Source: Chiloscyllium plagiosum (Eukaryota). From it: 64,000 nucleotides of DNA. The notes beneath the pieces are model-generated. The model made no database searches and was not told the DNA's origin. It was given only the letters and a program-made list of their open reading frames with translations. The position numbers and the translations under genes are program-made. Numbering within the stretch: position 1 is the first letter of the stretch; each line of letters opens with the position of its first letter. The stretch covers positions 8,225,353 through 8,289,352 of the forward strand of contig NC_057758.1 in assembly GCF_004010195.1 (NCBI RefSeq). The letters are read 5' to 3'. Shown piece by piece: positions 1-11,639 of the stretch.

Positions 1-515
1 GTATTTACCTCTGAGCCACCATGTCGCTCCAACCTCCATTATCTGCAATATTCTCATATTCTCATTTAACTGTAATTTTATATATTCTAGCCAATGTTAA
101 AGACTGACTTGATTGTAGAATCTAACTTCTTAATTGTTGAAGCGTCTGACGATTAAATGTGATCTGTTAATATTGCTGGCCTGCCACCTAATCTTATTAT
201 TCAATCGGTGTATCAGTTTACACGACCAAGGGTTCTGTGCTTATGATTCAGTTTTTTTGAGTGTAGTAAATACTTTGGGTGGAAGGTTTGCTGTCCAGTT
301 ACTCGCTCTTTAATTAATTTGCACGAAATTACAAATTCGTTCACTCAGCAATTAGTGAGAATTCACATCAAGGATGTAAAGTTAACTCATTCTCTAATGA
401 GGCAAGCTTGAGGAGTTAATGTTAATCTACTTTTTCGCTAGTTCTTCAATTCCTCGACAGAATGTGGGAGAAAGTAAGGTTTTCAAACAAATTATGGCTC
501 TGATAAAGTAAGTAA

Positions 516-2420
516 ATGTGCCCCACTTCGCCAATGATTGCTTGCCTTCTCGAAGCCAAGCTTGAATCCTTGCGAACATCGGGTGAGTTCTTACTTAAAC
601 CATTTGCTATTCATGTTTCAGGTTTTGTTGAAGTCCATTTCTGAGCTTTTGACAATTTTTCTTTACAGTAGACTGACAAATAGGGGTGGAAACTACATGG
701 ACAAATGGCGAAATGCGGAAAGACTAAAAGAGACGTGGAAGTGGCTGATGAAAATCTCATTCTTTTTCGGTAATCTGGGAACACTAAATGTTTAGATATT
801 CCTGTCTTGCAAAGAAAATATCAGGCATGTCATATTTTCACAATTGTAATGTTGATGACAGCTCTCTGTTCAATACCATTTTCAAAGAAGAGAGATCTGA
901 AAATTCCGAGGTCAGACTTCGGCCCGACGTTTTCCAACTATATACTGAGCTTCCTGACCAGACGATGGCCCACTGCATCTCCTCCGTCAAAACACTCAAT
1001 ATTGGCGCCCCAAAAGTTGGGTCCTCAGCCCCTTAACGTCCACCGTGCACATCCACGGCTGTGTTGCCGAACGAACGTCATCTTCAAATTTGCTAACGAG
1101 ATGTCCATGCGAGGAAGGATGTGAAAAAATAATGAGAGATCAGCAGAGAGAAAGGAGATCGAGGGTTTTATTATGTGGTACAATGAAAATAATCTGTCTC
1201 TCAATGTTGGCAAAACTAAAGTACTGATAATAGATTTCAGAAAAAAGAAGAGGAGAACACAACCCCATCTATATCAACTGAGTTGAGTTTAATAAATTTG
1301 ACAGCTTCAATTCCTCAGCATGATGATAACTGATAATCTGTCCTGAACTTTCCACACAGATGGGAAAGTCAAGAAGATTTCACGACGCCTCTTCCTCCCC
1401 AGGCGGCGCAGGAAATTTGGCTTCTCCAAAACAACCCTCACCAACCTTTATAGCTGCACCATAGAGAGCATTCTGCCAGATGCACAACGGCCTGATATGG
1501 CAACTGATCTGCGCAGAACCGAAAGAATCTTCAGAAGGATGTGTGCACAGCTGAGACGATCACGGAATCCAATCCCCGATTTATGGGCTCTATCCTCAAG
1601 CCTCGTTGCCATGGAGATGTTGCTAACATCATGAAAGACCCATGCCACTCGAAAATGCTCACTGGCAGCAGTTTCTGTCAGGCAGAAGATACAGAAGCTT
1701 GAAAACACGAACTAACTGGTTCAAGTGCAGCTTCTTTTCTGCTGTTATTGGACTGATGAATAAAGTCAACTATTGCTCAACATTTTAATCTTGATCTTGC
1801 CTCGTATATGTTTTGTGTGTCGTAAAATGCATGGCTTTATCTGTCCAGGTTGTTTCAGTCTATCATCTGCATATCCTTGATTACTATGATATATGTGTGC
1901 TGTTCACAAAAATGCTTTTCACTGTGCTCAGTTACACAGGATTATACGAAAAATAAAATAAAACCAAGTGAAATCATAGTCCAGAAAAAAGTGGAATAAT
2001 ACTGTGATGTTCAGTTGCAACAGTAAAACACATTTTCAATAAGAAAGGAGGGTTCAAATGTAAGTTATCAGGAATTAAGCGTAAACAATTGACAGCACTC
2101 GCAATATCCAACAACCACAGTCGCTGTTCTCTTCTTGTCGTATCTTGAGTATAAATGTGACCAGAAATGCGTAAAAATCGATGAAATTGGAAAGCAAATG
2201 TGAACTGAACAAAACAGGGCAGTGCCAGAAGAAACACAACAACTCTGAATACATACAAAAAGGTGATGTCGAAGAATGAAACTGGGGTATTAAGAACGCT
2301 AATTCTGTCCAGTAGGAGATTGAAAATTACAAGTGTTAGATGTGTTGATGGCATTGCCACATTAGAAAGGATTCAGTTTTCTCGACTGATGATCACAGTT
2401 TAAATTTGGCAGGAAATCAA
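516..2420 (+). pseudogene. Cys-rich defensin-like pseudogene B1 (exons ~516-582, 669-769, 2141-~2420)
   Basis: ATG516 opens MCPTSPMIACLLEAKLESLRTS, then G|GTGAGT (phase-1 donor; degenerate signal peptide). A 101-nt exon lies between TTTACAG and GTAATC. The last exon (acceptor mutated to GTCG) reads YLEYKCDQKC..ESKCELNKTGQCQKKH..YKC*MC*WHC and is homologous to 2931-3251 on the minus strand. Stops and a frameshift are present. Confidence 0.55.
905..1790 (+). mobile_element. Degraded Rex1/Babar-like non-LTR retrotransposon RT fragment
   Basis: Frame-broken RT motifs: YILSFLTRR, TLNIGAP, CVA, IFKFAN, SLNVGKTK.LIIDFR, followed by a 3' region. Confidence 0.7.
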
Positions 2421-2930
2421 AGAGCCAGGTTTCCAAAAGAGTTCTGTGTAAAGTTAGTGATTTATGCCATTTTACTTTATTCTACTTCCAAGGAAAAACT
2501 GATGATTGTAATTGAGAAGTGGAGGAAAATACCGTCGTGGTAAACAAAGTTAAGAATACATTTCCTGAGGTAGCTGAGATTCGGAAATGGCCTAAAGTAT
2601 GTCTTATATGAAGTTTCACTTGGCTAAACTATGGTCACTAAACTATTCTCTCATGCAATTACCTTTCATTTTCATTTATTGTAAATACAACAAGTTATTA
2701 GATGATGAATTATTTATTGACTGAGTGTCCCTTATCTATATTCCAGGGAAAGAATACATATATGTTTATGGCAGCTGAAACTGTAAGAGGCACATTATCA
2801 TGCTGAATGATTGTAAAAACAGCCTCATGGTATACACAGTTTGTTCCATTGAACATTGAAGAAAGTTAAGCGAAACGTAGTCTCTTAACGCTGTCTGCGT
2901 GAAAAACTTTCGAGGCACATCTCCTCAAAC

Positions 2931-5526
2931 TTATTCCCTCCCTCCCACACTCTGAACCTGTGCGCCCTTGCAATTGAAACTGTGATCCTGATTCAAAAAT
3001 ACTGAAACCTCTATAAATACGTGCCTTGCTGCTTGTTGGCAGTGCCAGCAACAGATTTAATACTTGTCATTTGCAATGTTCTGCTGGACTGAATTAACAA
3101 TGTTCATTCCCCAGTTGCAATCTTGGACATCACCGCTCTGTACGCATTCAGTATTGGTCCATTTCTTATGGCCCTGCCCTGTTTTAGTTGGTTCACACTT
3201 GCTTTCACAGTTGATGGATTTACATTTCTGGTCAGACATAAAATCCAGATACTACAGGGAGAGAATAGCGAATGCGGCTGTAGGATGCTGCGAGTGCTGT
3301 CAGTCTGTTACGCGCAATTCATGGTATTTTGTATTTGAGACTTCTTTTATTCCTTAAAATGTGCCGTGATTTTGCATCTTAACAGTATTATTCCGCTTTC
3401 TTCTGATCAGTCTATGATTTGATTTGATTTGATTTATTGTCCTGTGTAACTAAATATAGTGAAAAGATTCTTTGTGTTCAGTAGAAGAAGATCATAGAGT
3501 GAAATCTGACGTGCAGATGAGAGGGGTTAAAAAAGTTTCCAGAGTAACCCATGCATATTACAACACACAAAACGGAGACGCGGCAATATCAACATGTAAA
3601 TGCTTGACACAAATAAACACAGATCGAATAAAGTACATCTTTTCCAACTGATTATAAGATAATTCTAATGTACATATTCTAGATTTATACTGTATGTACC
3701 ATCAGATATAATGCAGTGTGAGTACTTATCCAAGATAATTACACGTCACACTATATTTGTCTGATGGAAATAAAAAAAGAAATCACTTACCCCGATGTTT
3801 CTAAACCTAACTTCTTGTATCTCTCAGTGAAGGATGATATAACAAAAAGTGACTAAACCAAACTTTGCTATGCAGTGTACTCATATTGTAATCAGTCAAA
3901 ACTGTGGCAAATGAGAACAGATTCAATGGATCATCAAGACTGGCAGGTATATTTATGTGTGGCGGTCAGTTGACACATAAAATATGATGATAAAGAAAAG
4001 ATAATCACCGAGTGACTTCCATCGACATCTAATCATTTAATTTATGTATTTTCAATAGAACATTCGTAAACGCCCTCAAGGATACTTATCAAGCATTTTC
4101 TTTCAACCAATTAGATTAGATTACTTACAGTGTGGAAACTGGCCCTTCGGCCCAACAAGTCCACAACGACCCTCTGAAGCCAACCCACCCATATATTTAC
4201 CTAACCTGCACATCTTTGGACTGTGGGAGAAAACCGGACCAAACCCACTCAGACACGAGGAGAATGTGCAAACTCCACACAGGCAGTCGCCTGAGGCGGG
4301 AATTGAACCCTGGTCTCTGGCTCTTTGAGGCAGCAGTGCTCACCACTGTGCCACCGTTGCAGCCACACATATGCCATTATATGTAACAAAGGAAATCATT
4401 TAGAGCAAATGTTTTATTTTGGAATTACATAACTTCCACAGTGTTTATGAATCTGTCAGATTTCTGTAGTCTGAGCAAAACAAGAAAAGACTTGCCCGTT
4501 CAGCCTCTGGGAGAATGACTTCTCTTGGAAATGAGTAAATTCTGGCAAACATGTTAAAATTTATTCATGAACATTAAAACACAGTTAAATATTTTCTTAC
4601 ATAACCAACACTGGAGTGATAGTTTTACAAGTAACACCAACAGCTGCAAGTATAGGGTAAAACATACCCTCTGTCTGTTAGATTACTGACTACTCCAAGT
4701 TGGCTCTTATTTTGTGGATTCACTGATGGTTACTGCTGAAAAAATAGACGCATATTCAATGCAAGTCACTTTTATATTGAGCAATCGCTCCCGTGATATT
4801 ACTAATTTGTTTGAGTGTCACACTATTAATTTAGAGTAATCGAAACAAGAATAAAATCAACTGCGTTGATTTCAAATCACGTTCTATGATTCTCTGTCGA
4901 ACCAGATTATAAATTCTACATGTGCCGCATACAAACTAAATCAGACACTCAATGCAAAGTGGGGTATACGGTCACAAAATTAGGAAATCTCTTGCTGGAA
5001 AAGCCATTCAGTCGTTGCAAACGCATGTGCAGAAGAAGAGTCAGCTAAAGTCTGGATCTTACTGTACGTATGTCTATCTTTACCTTTCTTCCAAATGGAG
5101 AGAGTAATCAAGAGACACGGAGTAAGAAATGATCTGTATGGAATGATTTGGATACATGACATGTGGTGGACAGATTAACATGAGGAAGACAAAAATACAT
5201 ATAGTGGGAAAGGCATTCGGGATGCGGTGACCAGAGATGTGCAGTGAAACTTTAAGGTGATTTAACAACAGTTTTCCGCTGAAAGCAACACCCGAAACCC
5301 AGGGAATACATGTCAAGTCGAACAGAATTACTTGAGGGAGGAAAGAAAACAGTAAACATTCCAGTGTAGAATTCTTTACTGGGACATTGTGCCGGCGTTA
5401 TTTCAGATTTCCAGCGTCCACCATAAGTTACTTTATGCTTAATGCTTTGGAGAGATTAAAAATGCAAACCTTCCAACACAACCACCTTCAAAAGCAACGC
5501 CATTCCCACTATCGAAGGTCTTCCAT
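2931..5526 (-). pseudogene. Cys-rich defensin-like pseudogene B2 (exons 5526-5470, 5133-5084, 3251-2931)
   Basis: Signal-like exon M/GRPSIVGMALLLKVVVLE+G|GTTTGC (1-nt frameshift). A 50-nt exon CAG|...|GTAAAG (phase 1 to 0) ends in GRK. A phase-0 exon after CCCTGTAG reads YLDFMSDQKCKSINCESKCEPTKTGQGHKKWTNTECVQSGDVQDCNWGMNIVNSVQQNIANDKY*ICCWHC. The splice phases are mutually consistent. Confidence 0.65.
4112..4362 (-). mobile_element. HE1-like tRNA-derived V-SINE
   Basis: Reverse complement of ggtggcacagtggtgagcactgctgcctca...gtgtggagtttgcacattctcc, with an aatct tail. Confidence 0.85.
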
Positions 5527-6079
5527 TCTCATGTATTGGGCGTGTGCTCGTTATGTTCGATTGAAAGATGACCTGTTCTGAATCATTGACCAGACCTGAC
5601 ATAGTTAAATATATATTGGATGAGTGGGCAATGAACTGATGGAAAGTAGGGATGAATAATAACTTCTGGCCCAACCAATAAGCACATCGTTCTTTATCAT
5701 AGCGATGAAAGAAAACTGTTTGCAAAATTTCCGCAGTGGTATGAATAGTCTCTTGTATTGTTTGATCAACTTAACATTGGACACGATTCTCTTTGAAGTA
5801 CCGGCTAATATTCTCCTTGACTGCTCTCTTACCCGCTGAACTTGGATACTTGAACTTGAACATGACATGGAATTTTATTTTTAGCAGTGGTTATGGGGCG
5901 TGTGTTTTACTGGTTGGCCAGCATTCATTGCCGATCCTTACTTCCTTTCAGAACACGGTGATGAGCATACATCTTGAACGGCTGCAGGCCAACAATGATA
6001 TCAGGAAGTGATTTTGGCCCAGCGACAGTGACGCAACAACTATATAGTTCCAAATATATTTGCTGTAGATCTTCTGTAG

Positions 6080-7270
6080 GATTCAGCCGTTGTAGCATTG
6101 GATCAGAGCCGGAACAACAAGCGAGTAAGTGCAGGGAGTAGGGACAAATGTGAGACTGTGATAGGCATAGGTTAGAATTAGAATAGGTGGAGTGACGTCG
6201 CTGGGCTCGGAGTGACTGGAGGAGACAGAGGCACAGATAGGTAGTGAGTTAATGAAAACGTTTGGAGAAAGCAGGGTACTTGTGATTTGTGACGTTAACC
6301 GTTCTGTTATTGATTGGGACTCGCTTAGACCCAGGGGATCAGATGGAGACAAAATTATTGGATGTGTCCAGGAGGATTGCTTTTGAGACAGTACATTGAC
6401 AATACAACGAGAGACGAGGCCATACTAGACTTGAGATTACTGAATGAGGCAAAACAGTTGATCAGTGTTTCAGTAGGAGAGCGTTTTGGACTGAGTGACT
6501 ATAATTTCAGAAGATTTCGAGCAGTCATGGACAAGAGTGGCCGTCTGATGAGAGTGTTAAATTCAGAAAAGACCAATTGCGTTTAATTAGATAATGACTG
6601 GTGAATGGGGATTGGACGGTTATTTGAGGGCCAATCTGTGTCTGGAAATTTTGAGGCCTGACAAGATTCGGAATTGTGGGTAACAAGGCGAATTGCAAGC
6701 TTAGTTAAAAGGGGTAAAAATAAGAGTACAATATATCTAGGCAGTTACAAACTGACAAAGCACGTTGGGAGTACAGAGTAAATTAGTAAGGAGGTTAAAT
6801 GTGGAATTAGGAATCCTAAAAACGACCACGAAATGTCTTTAGCTAACAGGGTCAAGGAGAATCCCAGGACTTTTCATGCATAGATGAGAAACAAGAGTAT
6901 AGCAAGGAAAGAATAGGCATACCCGAGAATAAAGGGCGTGCAGTTGAAATTATGCATGGACCACAAAAATTGGAAATATGTTTCATGAAAACATTGCATC
7001 GGTATTCACTAATGGAGATGTGCGAGGGAAGAACTTCCAGCAAGATGGGTAGGAATCTGGAACACACTGCCACATGAGATGATGAAAACAATCACGTTGG
7101 CAATATTTAAAAGCCATTTGGATCATTACGTGAATAGGGAGGGACTAGAGGGATGCAGACTGAATAAGGACATAAGGCTTGTGTTTTATTTTAATGAGGG
7201 CATAATGTTCGGCGAGGGTTTGGAAGGCTGAGTGCCTGTCCCTGTGATATACTTCCTTTTGTTTGTTCTA
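6080..7270 (+). mobile_element. Degraded, internally deleted CR1-clade LINE (endonuclease region joined to 3' end)
   Basis: Motifs LRQYIDNTTRDEAILDL, VGERFGLSDYN and RVKENPRTF, then a CR1-like 3' tail. Inverted copy at ~59985-61080. Confidence 0.75.
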
Positions 7271-8680
7271 AGTCAGGATATGAGTGGCTTGGAGGAAACC
7301 TTGCAGGTGATAGCTCCCCCATTAATCTGCTACACTTTTTCTTGTAAGGCAAATTTGTTATGAATTTTGACAGTGCGATCTGAGTGAAATTTGCTGAATT
7401 TTGACATGAGCTTTCGATATAAAGTACACACTATTGCTCCTGAGCTTGGGCGTTCGAGCGTTTGGATAGTTGGGAATATAATGCCATTCATGCACTGCTT
7501 TGTCCTGGATGGTTCAAAACTTCTTAAGTGTTGTTACAGCTGCACTTAACCACACAATGATGTGGTAGCCCATCACACTTATGATCTGTACCTTTTAGAT
7601 TATGTAGAGGCTTCGGGGAGTTAAGACGTGAGTTATTCGCCACTGTATTTCTCGTTTCTGATCTCTTCCTGTCGGTAATGTGTTTACGTGGTGAGTCCAG
7701 TTGAGTTCCTTATCAGATATAAAGCACAGATGTTCATTTTGAGGACTTATTGATTGTAACAACATTGACTGAGTCGGGTCAATTGTTAGATTGTCTCTTA
7801 TTTGTAGGGGTCATAATTTGGCATGTGCACGACGTGGTTGTGACATGCAACTTGTCAGTTGAGGGTGTGGTTCCTGAAACGACAGCAAACCAGGCAACGT
7901 TCGAGGAGCAGGAATATCGATGTTTTGGGCAAAAGCCCTGAGGTAGCGCTTTAGTCTGAAACGTTGATTTTCCTGCTCCGCAGATGCTGTCTGGCCAGTG
8001 GTGCTTTTCCAGACCACACTCTGGGTTCTTATCTCCAGAATCTGCAGTCTTCTGTTTGCCTTGCCACTTGTCAGCCTAGCCTAGACATCGTACTCATATT
8101 GTTGCATTTTAAAATGGATTGCTTCCGTAACTAGGTAGATGCAAATTATGATGAATATTGGGCAGTCATCAGCAACATCCGTAATCATGACGTTATGGTA
8201 GAGTAGCTGACGATAATTTAGCCTTGGTCACTATCCTGAGGAGAGATGTTCTGGTTCTGAGATTACTGACCTCCAACAAACTTGACATTTGGCATATCTT
8301 ATGATTATCAACCTAACCAATGGATAGTTTGCCCCTTGATATCCATTGACACCAGTTTTGCGACCTTCATGTCAGCTCTGAAATTTAGTTTATTTTGTCG
8401 ATGTTTGAAACAAGTCTGAACAGTAATTGGATCTTCCCCAATCCTTTCCTTCCGTGTCACTGAGTCTCATTTCTGAACAGTCTCCCATATATAAATCAAG
8501 CACTCACAACCACCTTGTTAAGGGGGAAACTAAAGTTGGGCAATAAATGCTGGATAGCCAGAGATGCCCACGTGGCATGAGTGAGTAAAAAAGATGCATG
8601 TCTGTAACTTCTCCGCCCATTAAAACTGATTTCTGATTGACTTATTTTTATAATTCTTGAACAAGATTTTATTAGAAGAA

Positions 8681-8683
<3 letters not shown>

Positions 8684-8762
<79 letters not shown>
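8684..8762. repeat. (CA)n microsatellite
   Basis: Seen directly. The paralogous tracts at 47412-47424 and 58452-58520 differ in length. Confidence 0.98.
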
Positions 8763-8766
<4 letters not shown>

Positions 8767-8829
8767 GAGTTATTTTTCAAAAGCTGCTGTCGAATGCGAG
8801 ATTAACACTGATGTTTTCTCCTGTGGTAG

Positions 8830-9360
8830 TATTCCTTTATCTCTTCCCAGTGTTTCTCGGATGGGGGCACATTCAAGGCCCCCATCTCTGCCATCGGTCA
8901 CGTTTTGTCCAATGAATTCTTGGGACCCGAGAATTGCTCCAACCGACTAGAATCTCCTCCATTGGTTTGCCACATTGCAGCCCACTCTGGATGGTTCGAC
9001 CCTCTCGTCAGATAGACATACCCAGAAGATGGTTTGGAACTGTCAGGGATGATGGTTTGCATTCTCACGGGATGAATGTGTTAATGAACTTGTCTGTTGG
9101 TCAGTGAGGGCACGGAATAGCTACAGGAATCAGACGTATCAATATAATCGTCTCGCCATTTTGTGGTCATCCTGGTATGTCTGGAGATCTCTGTGCAGAG
9201 CAACCCTTGCTCAATTTCCTGCTTCTACCCCTGCCATGTTTATTCCAACCTAACTCACCATCATTCAGCAAATCATGCTGGATTGCACTTGTGTATGTGC
9301 AGGATTACATCAGAACTGACTCTCCAACAGTGTGGTGCTCCACCAGATCTGGCTTTCCAG
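8830..9360 (+). pseudogene. Decayed exon D1 with ~3 tandem beta-defensin-like motifs
   Basis: Reads QCFSDGGT[F]KAP..ENCSNRLESPPLVCH; KKMVWNCQG*WFAFSRDECVNELVC[W]; VCLEISVQSNPCSISCFYP..KSC[W]. Missing Cys positions are often one base from a Cys codon (TTC, TGG). Frameshifts are needed. Confidence 0.45.
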
Positions 9361-9884
9361 TACCGAGTGCTGACCTCAGTGCAGCCCATCCGACAGACTG
9401 ATTTTTTGCTCCCTCATTACTGACACTTTGACATGACTGTGCTCAGTGCAGCTCAGAGCGGCTTGTAAATTCTCATGACTCCCCGTTCTATTCAAGTTAC
9501 ACTGACACTCCGATAATACGGCGCTCCCACAGTTTTAGCCCGTTGACAGTGAGATCATTTTCTCAGTGTGAGCTCTCGGAAACTGCGGTACTCTCTTGTT
9601 GGTCAACCTCGACTCGCTCACATTCATTACCACTGACGCCTGACAATGTGAAGCCCCATTTGCACTTAGCAGCTGCTGATACACGCATAAGGGACCATTG
9701 TCGTTCACTTGGTCATTAAGCCTGTTGCCTCATTCCATAGAATCATGCGATTGTGAAACTTAAATGCAGAATTTGACCATATTGCTCCTGGACATGCTCC
9801 AACATTTGATCAGAGCTCATGCGTTCCAACCGACCACACCCCTATGGTAACTCGTGATCGGCTTACCAATCAAGAGCCTGTCTA

Positions 9885-10750
9885 TCTGGATACTGACGAA
9901 GGATTTAGTAGGTTGCAGAGGGACATAGATAGGATGCAGAGCTGGGCTGAGAGGTGACAAATGGAGTTTAATGCGGACAAGTGTGTGGTGATTCACTTTG
10001 GCTGGAGTAATCGGGATGCAAAGTACTGGGCGAATGGTAGGATTCTTGGGAGTGCAGATGAGCAGAGAGATCTCGGTGTCCATGTACACAGATCCATGAA
10101 AATTGCCACACAGATTGACAGGGTTGTTAAGAAAGCAAACAGTGTTTGGACTTTACTAATAGAGGGATTGAGTTGCGGAACCAGGAGATTATGCTGCAGC
10201 TGTACAAAGCTCTGATGCGGCCACACTTGGAGTATTGTGTACAGCTCTGATCACCGCATTATAAGAAGGATGCGGAAGCTTTGGAAAGGGTGCAGAGGAG
10301 ATTTACTAGGATGTTGCCTGGTAGGGAAGGAATGTCTTACGAGGAAAGGCTGAGGGCCTTGAGGCTGTTCTCGTTATAGAGAAGAGGGTTGAGAGGTGAC
10401 TTAATAGAGACAAAAAAGATAATCAGAGGGTGAGATAAGGTGGACAGGGAGAGCCTTTTTCCAAGTATGGAGACGGCAAACACGAGGGGACACAACTTTA
10501 AAGTGAGGGGAGATAGGTATTAGACAGATGTCAGAGGTAGTTTCGTTACTCAGACAGTAGTAAGGGTATGGAATGCTTTGCCTGCATCGGTAGTAGATTC
10601 GCCAAGTTAAAGTGCATTTAAGTCGTCATTGGACATACATGGAATGGTGTAGGTGGGATAGGCTTCACATTAGTATGATAGGTCGGCGCAACATCGAGGG
10701 CCGAAGGGCCTGTACTGCGCTGTAATGTTCTATGTTCTATATTCTATGTT
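9885..10750 (+). mobile_element. 5'-truncated CR1/HER1 LINE 3' end
   Basis: LQRDIDRMQSWAER, MEFNADKCVVIHFG, EQRDLGVHVH, RPHLEYCVQ; tail of (ttctatg)n repeats. Confidence 0.9.
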
Positions 10751-11274
10751 CCTTTCTTAAATGCTCTCAATGACGTGGCCTCCCTAGCCTTCTGAGCAAT
10801 AGGTTTCACGATTCGCCAATTCTCTGCCTGAAGAAGTTATTCCTTAATCAATTCTCGAGGTGTGCCCCGTTACTCTGAGGCTTTGCCCTCGGATCCCAGC
10901 CTTTCCCAAAGACGGATACATCTTCGTCATGCCCATTCTATCCAGGTCGCTCAGTATTCTGTAACTTTTAATCAAATCCCTGATCATGGCTGATTTCATT
11001 CTAAATCATATTCCTCTGCATTTGCGATAATCTTTCATTCCTTGATCTTGAACAGTGTTCCGCCCTCTGTGTTTTCTCTCTCTCTCTCTCTCTTTCTCAA
11101 TTTCTCCCTCCACCCCCCTTCTTTTTTCTCTCTGCATGTATTTGCTGCCAGAATAGTTCGGTTTCTCTGTGCAGAAAAGTCCAAGCAGACTCGAAATGCT
11201 AAGTCTGATTTCCTCTCTCTACGCTAAAACTGCCAGACGTCCTGTGCTTTCACCAGTGTTCTCTGTGCATTTGG

Positions 11275-11605
11275 CACCGAATGCGGCATGGACAAGGACT
11301 GGTTAACAGTTCAGCTGGTTTTAAGTTACACCTCGCGGGGAACATCGGATTAAGCAGTCCGACCTTACATAGATTCCACAGTCAACTTAAGAATCAACTG
11401 AAGTCAGTATCCCCATAGCTCTCGTGCGGCACTTGTGTCTGATATCGTCGATTCTTGCAACAGTGTTCTTCAGGCGGGCACAGCCTCAGAACAGGTTATA
11501 CTTTAAATGTTGGGCACACATTGACTGAACACATGCCACCAGCATTTTTACAGTCATTTTCATAATCGGCAAGGAAGCAAACAGTTTGTTCGTCTGTTCT
11601 GCTCG
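11275..11605 (-). pseudogene. Beta-defensin-like exon A1 (complete six-Cys domain with an internal stop, plus a decayed second domain)
   Basis: Polypyrimidine acceptor TTCCAG|CG (phase 1). Reads ASRTDEQTVCFLADYENDCKNAGGMCSVNVCPTFKV*PVLRLCPPEEHCCKNRRYQ = C-x6-C-x4-C-x11-C-x5-CC with GGxC and CP; TAA at 11498-11496. Second motif: DCGIYVRSDCLIRCSPRGVT*NQLNC*PVLV/PC[R]. Confidence 0.8.
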
Positions 11606-11639
11606 CTGGAAGCATGGGGGAGAAAGTCGAATTCCAAGA

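Noticed and set aside
9163..9423. 86-aa ORF identical in copies 1 and 3, suggesting selection
   Set aside because: It has a GTG start, is frameshifted in copy 2 and runs into a SINE. The identity is explained by recent duplication or gene conversion.
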